From contig JBJKYX010000034.1 in assembly GCA_045560825.1 (NCBI GenBank), forward strand, positions 18,120 through 82,119: DNA of 64,000 nucleotides, written 5' to 3'. Source of the stretch: Candidatus Azotimanducaceae bacterium (GTDB lineage: Bacteria > Pseudomonadota > Gammaproteobacteria > Pseudomonadales > Azotimanducaceae). Numbering within the stretch: the first letter of the stretch is position 1; the number at the start of each line of letters is the position of its first letter. The notes beneath the pieces are model-generated. The model saw only the letters and a program-made list of their open reading frames with translations, searched no databases and was not told the DNA's origin. This document shows positions 60,230-64,000 of the stretch, piece after piece. The position numbers were made by a program, and so were the translations under genes.

Positions 60230-61297
60230 ATGGAACAATTTTTCAACTATAGCAATTCAGGCTTCGAGGTGAGAGATGAAATAGTAAATGCTCACCGAGA
60301 AAGTTGGAAGACGATATCTAATTCAGGCAGTTTCTGGAGTGGAGAAGACCGCGTGGAAATTGCTCAGCAAGCTCGATCAGCACGGCTCCAAAGAAGGGAA
60401 CTCCCCTTTAATAGATCGTATCCCTCTTGCTCGCTATCCAATGGAGCTCTTGAGACTACCTACACTATCGCAGCCGATGCCCATAAGATTGATAAAGTTT
60501 GGGCAGATAACCAGATAGCCAAACTCGGCAGCGGTGCTTACATAGAAATCGCATCTATCGTGGCAACAGTTTCCGCAATAGACGCCTTTTCAGAAGCACT
60601 CGGTCGTAATCATGAGGATTTTCCGGCACCGCAACCCGGGAAGCCTAACGGTAATCAAAATCCCAACGTAACGGATATTGGAGCCTATGTTCCAATGATG
60701 GAGCCTTGGAAAGGCCCCAATGTGGCCAGGGCATTCAGTCTGGTACCAACTGCTAACCAGCTATTCTTCTCAAACGTGCAACAAATGTACGCAAGCCATG
60801 GAGGGGGATTCTCTGAAATGGTCTGGAAGGGTCCATTGACTAGGCCACAAGCTGAGCTACTCGCCGCTCGCGTCTCGTCCGCCAACGAATGTTTTTACTG
60901 AACCACTTCACATGTTTTACTGCTTCGTGAAAGCAGCAAGGCTATATCACAGGAGGTCAATTTACAGTCTACTGTTTCGGGAGAGGATGCAGACCTTATT
61001 CCAGCAGGAGCCGAGCTCATCGAGTTTGGCGAAGCATTGTCACTTGGCTCCGATAATTTAGGCATAACGAGAAAAAAGCTACTAGACAAGGTCACTAAAG
61101 AAGCATTTGTGGAGGCGGCGTCTATAGCAGCAATTTTTAACGGGCTAGTCAGAACCGCAGATTCCAGTGGAATACCACTAGACGACTCTACAAAATCAGC
61201 CTCCGAAGCCTTCAGAGCCGACCTAGGATTAAATAGTTTCCCTGGGGCTGCAAATACCGAGAGAAATGCTCTTAAAAACGGCGGAAAACTAGTTTGA
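60230..61297 (+). CDS. AhpD/carboxymuconolactone decarboxylase-like selenoprotein (CxxU), Sec at TGA 60899-60901
   Basis: LTRPQAELLAARVSSANECFY-U-TTSHVLLLRES continues in frame to 61297 (355 aa), completing the AhpD E-x7-N-x-CxxC-x3-H motif. Confidence 0.88.
60920..60936 (+). promoter_or_regulatory. Bacterial SECIS-like hairpin
   Basis: CTGCTT-CGTGA-AAGCAG; 24 nt between UGA and loop; same loop as at 13841. Confidence 0.75.
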
Positions 61298-61340
61298 CCT
61301 AATAGTACTTCTCATCAAGAAATACTAAACTAGCACTAAA

Positions 61341-61428
61341 GCCCGGGTGGTGAAATTGGTAGACACAAGGGACTTAAAATCCCTCGGAATAATATTCCGT
61401 GCCGGTTCGAGTCCGGCCCCGGGCACCA
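61341..61428 (+). tRNA. tRNA-Leu (anticodon TAA), long variable arm, encoded CCA
   Basis: GCCCGGG acceptor, TGGTGAAATTGGTAGACAC D arm, AGGGA-CTTAAAA-TCCCT anticodon arm, GCCGG-TTCGAGT-CCGGC T arm, ACCA end. Confidence 0.97.
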
Positions 61429-61507
61429 ACAAATGTTCGTAACTTATTGTATTTATTATATTATTTAATAGATACTAAGCCTATAGGAGTCACTTTAAGG
61501 AGACACA

Positions 61508-62104
61508 ATGGGCTTAAAGTACATCGTTCTACATAAAGACGTTTTATATTACAGAAGACGTTATCCAAAGAATTTGAAACCAGCATTCGGCGGTAAAGAG
61601 TTTTACCGTCATAGTCTCAAACTGCCCAAGAATGCCCCGGACTCTAAAATCACTGCAGCATGGCAGAAAGCTAACGAAGATGCTGGCAAGACACCTTATG
61701 AAGATATTTGTGACCAGGCCAAGATAGACGATAGAGCTAGATGTAAGGCGTTCATTACTGTAGCTATGGGTGCTGATGACAGGACTAAAGCTGCTAACGC
61801 TCTAAGACAGCAGGGAATGAATACGAAGACATTTGAAGCCTTTGAAGCAGCTGCTCTAGAACGCTTCCCTAAAGTCAGTCTGTTCACTGGCTGGACTCAT
61901 CAAGCTCAGAACCTAGAGGGACAAATTCTTAAGGATGTGATGCTTAAAGGGGTTAGGGATAACATTGTCACGTTACCAGTTCATGATGCAGTGGCTGTAC
62001 AACGACGACATGCTAAATGGGCTGAGGAAGCCATGAAGGAAGCATGGCAATTTCATACAGGAGTTAAGTTTGAGCCGGTGTTGAAAGTGGATGAGGGGGA
62101 TTGA
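61508..62104 (+). pseudogene. Chimeric remnant: integrase-associated N-terminal domain (DUF6538-like) fused to a family-A-polymerase-like C-terminal fragment
   Basis: VLYYRRRYPKNL..F..SLK at the N-terminus; QNLEGQIL..VTLPVHDAVAV at the C-terminus; no tyrosine recombinase catalytic motifs. Confidence 0.55.
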
Positions 62105-62201
62105 GAAGAAACGTTAAGGTTGTGCAGCATTTGTCTAAAGTTTGCTGGAGTAGAGGGTTGCTTTCGAATAAGCTCCACGAAATCTGATTGGAGATAACCA
62201 C

Positions 62202-62651
62202 ATGAAAAACATAAAAAACGCGATGAAAGTTGCGACATTTTGCGGTGTTGCATTTACAGCATTTACTATGCCTGCTGTAGCCGACTACAAATTTTCTGTG
62301 AAGGTCAAAAACAATACAGATCATTTGCTCACAAATGTGAAAGGTTATTGGACAGCAAAGGGTAGTAATAACCAAAAGAATTGCTGGAGAGATAGTCAAG
62401 GTATATCCAAAAACAAATCTTACCAGCGAGTTTGTGGATCAACTGCTAATTCTAAAAAATGGCAAAGACGGATTAAGATACGTTTTAATTGTCCTAACTA
62501 CATGGTGAACAGCTCAAATCCAGCCGGGTCAAAAGTGAAGTATTTTCCTGCCGCTAATAAGTATTTCGCGAGAGACCACGCTATCAATAAGAAAGATACA
62601 TATACTGTCACGATTAAAAATAGTGATTGTTTTTTACCCCCAGCTGAGTAG
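62202..62651 (+). CDS. Secreted basic 4-Cys protein
   Basis: GGAG RBS, signal peptide ..PAVA; YKFSVKVKN, KWQRRI..FNCP, YFARDHA, YTVTIKNSDC. Confidence 0.8.
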   Translation: MKNIKNAMKVATFCGVAFTAFTMPAVADYKFSVKVKNNTDHLLTNVKGYWTAKGSNNQKNCWRDSQGISKNKSYQRVCGSTANSKKWQRRIKIRFNCPNYMVNSSNPAGSKVKYFPAANKYFARDHAINKKDTYTVTIKNSDCFLPPAE

Positions 62652-62751
62652 CTAGTATTCTAGCGTTTCCTATCTGAAAGCTAGGAATGGACCTATTTTT
62701 GGCTTGGATTCTTTTGTTATATTGAGGCAAGTTGTTAACGCGAAATCAGAA

Positions 62752-63009
62752 ATGTCTGGAGAACATCCGTACGATAAGTGGTTAAGGACGAGATCTAAGC
62801 TTGTGAGATTTTTGATTCGAATAATTGGAATCATAGTTTTGTATTACATTTTGCCTCCGCTCTCGTGTTTAGCAGCACTTCAGCACACCGGGATGGCACA
62901 GTTTGCTTGCTTACAGGAGAGTAATTGGGGAGATTGGCGAATGGACGTATTCTTTCCGGATCGTCCGGACCCTCTTGAGAGGCTCAATCTACCCAACCAG
63001 AACCAATAA
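62752..63009 (+). CDS. Small membrane protein of unknown function
   Basis: ATG 62752, one TM segment; 3' end overlaps the 68-bp repeat. Confidence 0.5.
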   Translation: MSGEHPYDKWLRTRSKLVRFLIRIIGIIVLYYILPPLSCLAALQHTGMAQFACLQESNWGDWRMDVFFPDRPDPLERLNLPNQNQ

Positions 63010-63057
63010 CAATTAGAGAAAGGCTAAAGCTCTCCCCGGGGTGTTAAAAAGAACCCA
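62990..63057 (+). repeat. 68-bp dispersed repeat, copy 1
   Basis: tacccaaccagaaccaataacaattagagaaa..gggtgttaaaaa..accca; 61/68 identical to copy 2 by hand alignment. Confidence 0.9.
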
Positions 63058-63173
63058 CCCCACTTGAGATTACCTTGGTTTCTTTTGTTATAGTTATAAA
63101 ATATTGGCTGTCACGTCAGGGAAAATACTGGTGTGGCTGCTCTATAAAGCTGTAACAAAGGGAACAAAAAAGG

Positions 63174-63569
63174 ATGAAAAGCATAGTTGTCATTTTGCTG
63201 ACTTTGGTTTTTTTGAGTTGGGCTAGCTTGGGTAATTCCGCCAAGTATCAGTTTGCCGTAAAGATAATTAATAAGACAGGCAAAGATTTAACTAAAGTCT
63301 CTGCGGTTTGGAATGTAAAAGGAACACCCGATGAGAATTGGTCTTGCTTTAAGTCAAGATCCATATCCGCAGGACAGAACTATCAAACGGATTGTTACCA
63401 TAAAGCGCTGGTAGAAAAGTGGCAACGACAGATAGTGGTTACTTTTACTTGTCCGAGCATGGGGGCTAGGACTATAACCTTCCCTAGAAACGCCAAGTAT
63501 TACAAAAGAGACCACGCTACCAGCAAGGGTGATAGATATACAGTGAGATTAAAAGCATCCGATTGCTAA
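63174..63569 (+). CDS. Secreted basic 4-Cys protein (paralog of 62202-62651)
   Basis: Signal peptide; YQFAVKIIN, KWQRQI..FTCP, YYKRDHA, YTVRLKASDC. Confidence 0.8.
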   Translation: MKSIVVILLTLVFLSWASLGNSAKYQFAVKIINKTGKDLTKVSAVWNVKGTPDENWSCFKSRSISAGQNYQTDCYHKALVEKWQRQIVVTFTCPSMGARTITFPRNAKYYKRDHATSKGDRYTVRLKASDC

Positions 63570-63677
63570 TCTTTTTTTGATAAGGGTCACAAAGCCTATA
63601 GTAGGACCAATCAGAACTAGATGCTTGAGGTGGAGCAACTCGAGCTTGCAGAATCAAGTCCTAAGAAGCTCTATAAG

Positions 63678-63745
63678 TACCCAACCAGAACCAATAACAA
63701 TTAGAGAAAAGCTAAAACTCTTCCGTGGGTGTTAAAAAAGACCCA
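63678..63745 (+). repeat. 68-bp dispersed repeat, copy 2
   Basis: First 32 nt identical to copy 1. Confidence 0.9.
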
Positions 63746-63847
63746 GTTCTTTTATCAATAATGGAAATCAACAGTATCCGTGCTAGGCTAAAAATGGCTT
63801 GTAATCATGCGGGCAAAAAGAAAAATAATACTTTAGGGGAATAAATC

Positions 63848-64000
63848 ATGAAATATTGGATAACGGCCTTTATTGCGACGACACTCGCAATCAACAGCTT
63901 TGCAGACAATCACGAACCTGATTGGGCTGTCCAAATTGGAGACGGGGTTTCGCAAACAGTTCATTTTTGCAAACTCATTAATGGCGCAACCATGGACGAT
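63848..64000 (+). CDS. Exported protein, 5' part only (runs off the window)
   Basis: MKYWITAFIATTLAINSFA-DNHEPDWAVQIGDGVSQTVHFCKLINGATMDD; GGGGA RBS. Confidence 0.75.
   Translation, partial: MKYWITAFIATTLAINSFADNHEPDWAVQIGDGVSQTVHFCKLINGATMDD

Larger units (their letters stand above)
61429..64000 (+). mobile_element. Degraded genomic island / integration hotspot downstream of tRNA-Leu (right end not seen)
   Basis: AT-rich segment after the tRNA, integrase-arm remnant, paralogous orphan genes, dispersed repeats. Confidence 0.55.

Noticed and set aside
13818-60901. Genome-wide UGA reassignment (genetic code 4 or 25)
   Set aside because: Many conserved genes end properly at TGA (panB, panC, folB, zigA, mtnP), TGG is used for Trp, and readthrough cases occur only at catalytic Cys positions.
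61341-61428. tRNA as tRNA-Sec, given the adjacent selenoprotein gene
   Set aside because: The anticodon is TAA and the acceptor stem is a normal 7 bp, so it is tRNA-Leu.
544-62399. Numerous short antisense or overlapping ORFs in the six-frame track (e.g. 641-958, 18598-19098, 36772-37605, 55289-55995)
   Set aside because: They lie opposite or within well-supported genes and show no RBS or motifs; treated as shadow ORFs.
62990-63745. Repeats as integron attC sites or CRISPR repeats
   Set aside because: No RYYYAAC..GTTRRRY ends with a long palindrome, no intI, and spacing far too long for CRISPR.

Overview
This 64-kb window looks like accessory, catabolism-rich chromosome from a probably marine Gammaproteobacterium (moderate GC; taxon inferred from gene content only). 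It holds about 60 CDS and one tRNA-Leu(TAA). Main contents: (1) a signal-peptide-less avidin-family gene upstream of a panB-panC-coaX-folB-folKP vitamin operon with a structured leader; (2) a Zur-boxed zigA/DUF1826 unit; (3) many oxygenases, ThDP enzymes, sulfatases, SDRs and small exported proteins; (4) mtnP-apt, metY, nei and an FtsK-like ATPase without its gamma domain; (5) a sigma54-preceded ~1000-aa multidomain flagellin; (6) a degraded island after tRNA-Leu with paralogous secreted proteins and 68-bp repeats. Two patterns are hidden from the ORF track. Three 'split' genes are single selenoprotein genes: two exported UxxC peroxiredoxin-like proteins and one CxxU AhpD-like protein, each with a SECIS-like hairpin (5-nt NGUNN loop) 20-24 nt after the UGA. 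At least six unrelated exported proteins are predicted to begin with X-X-His after signal cleavage (ATCUN-like Cu/Ni motif). Several genes carry small indels that may be assembly errors. Products were assigned by eye from motifs; no database searches were run.
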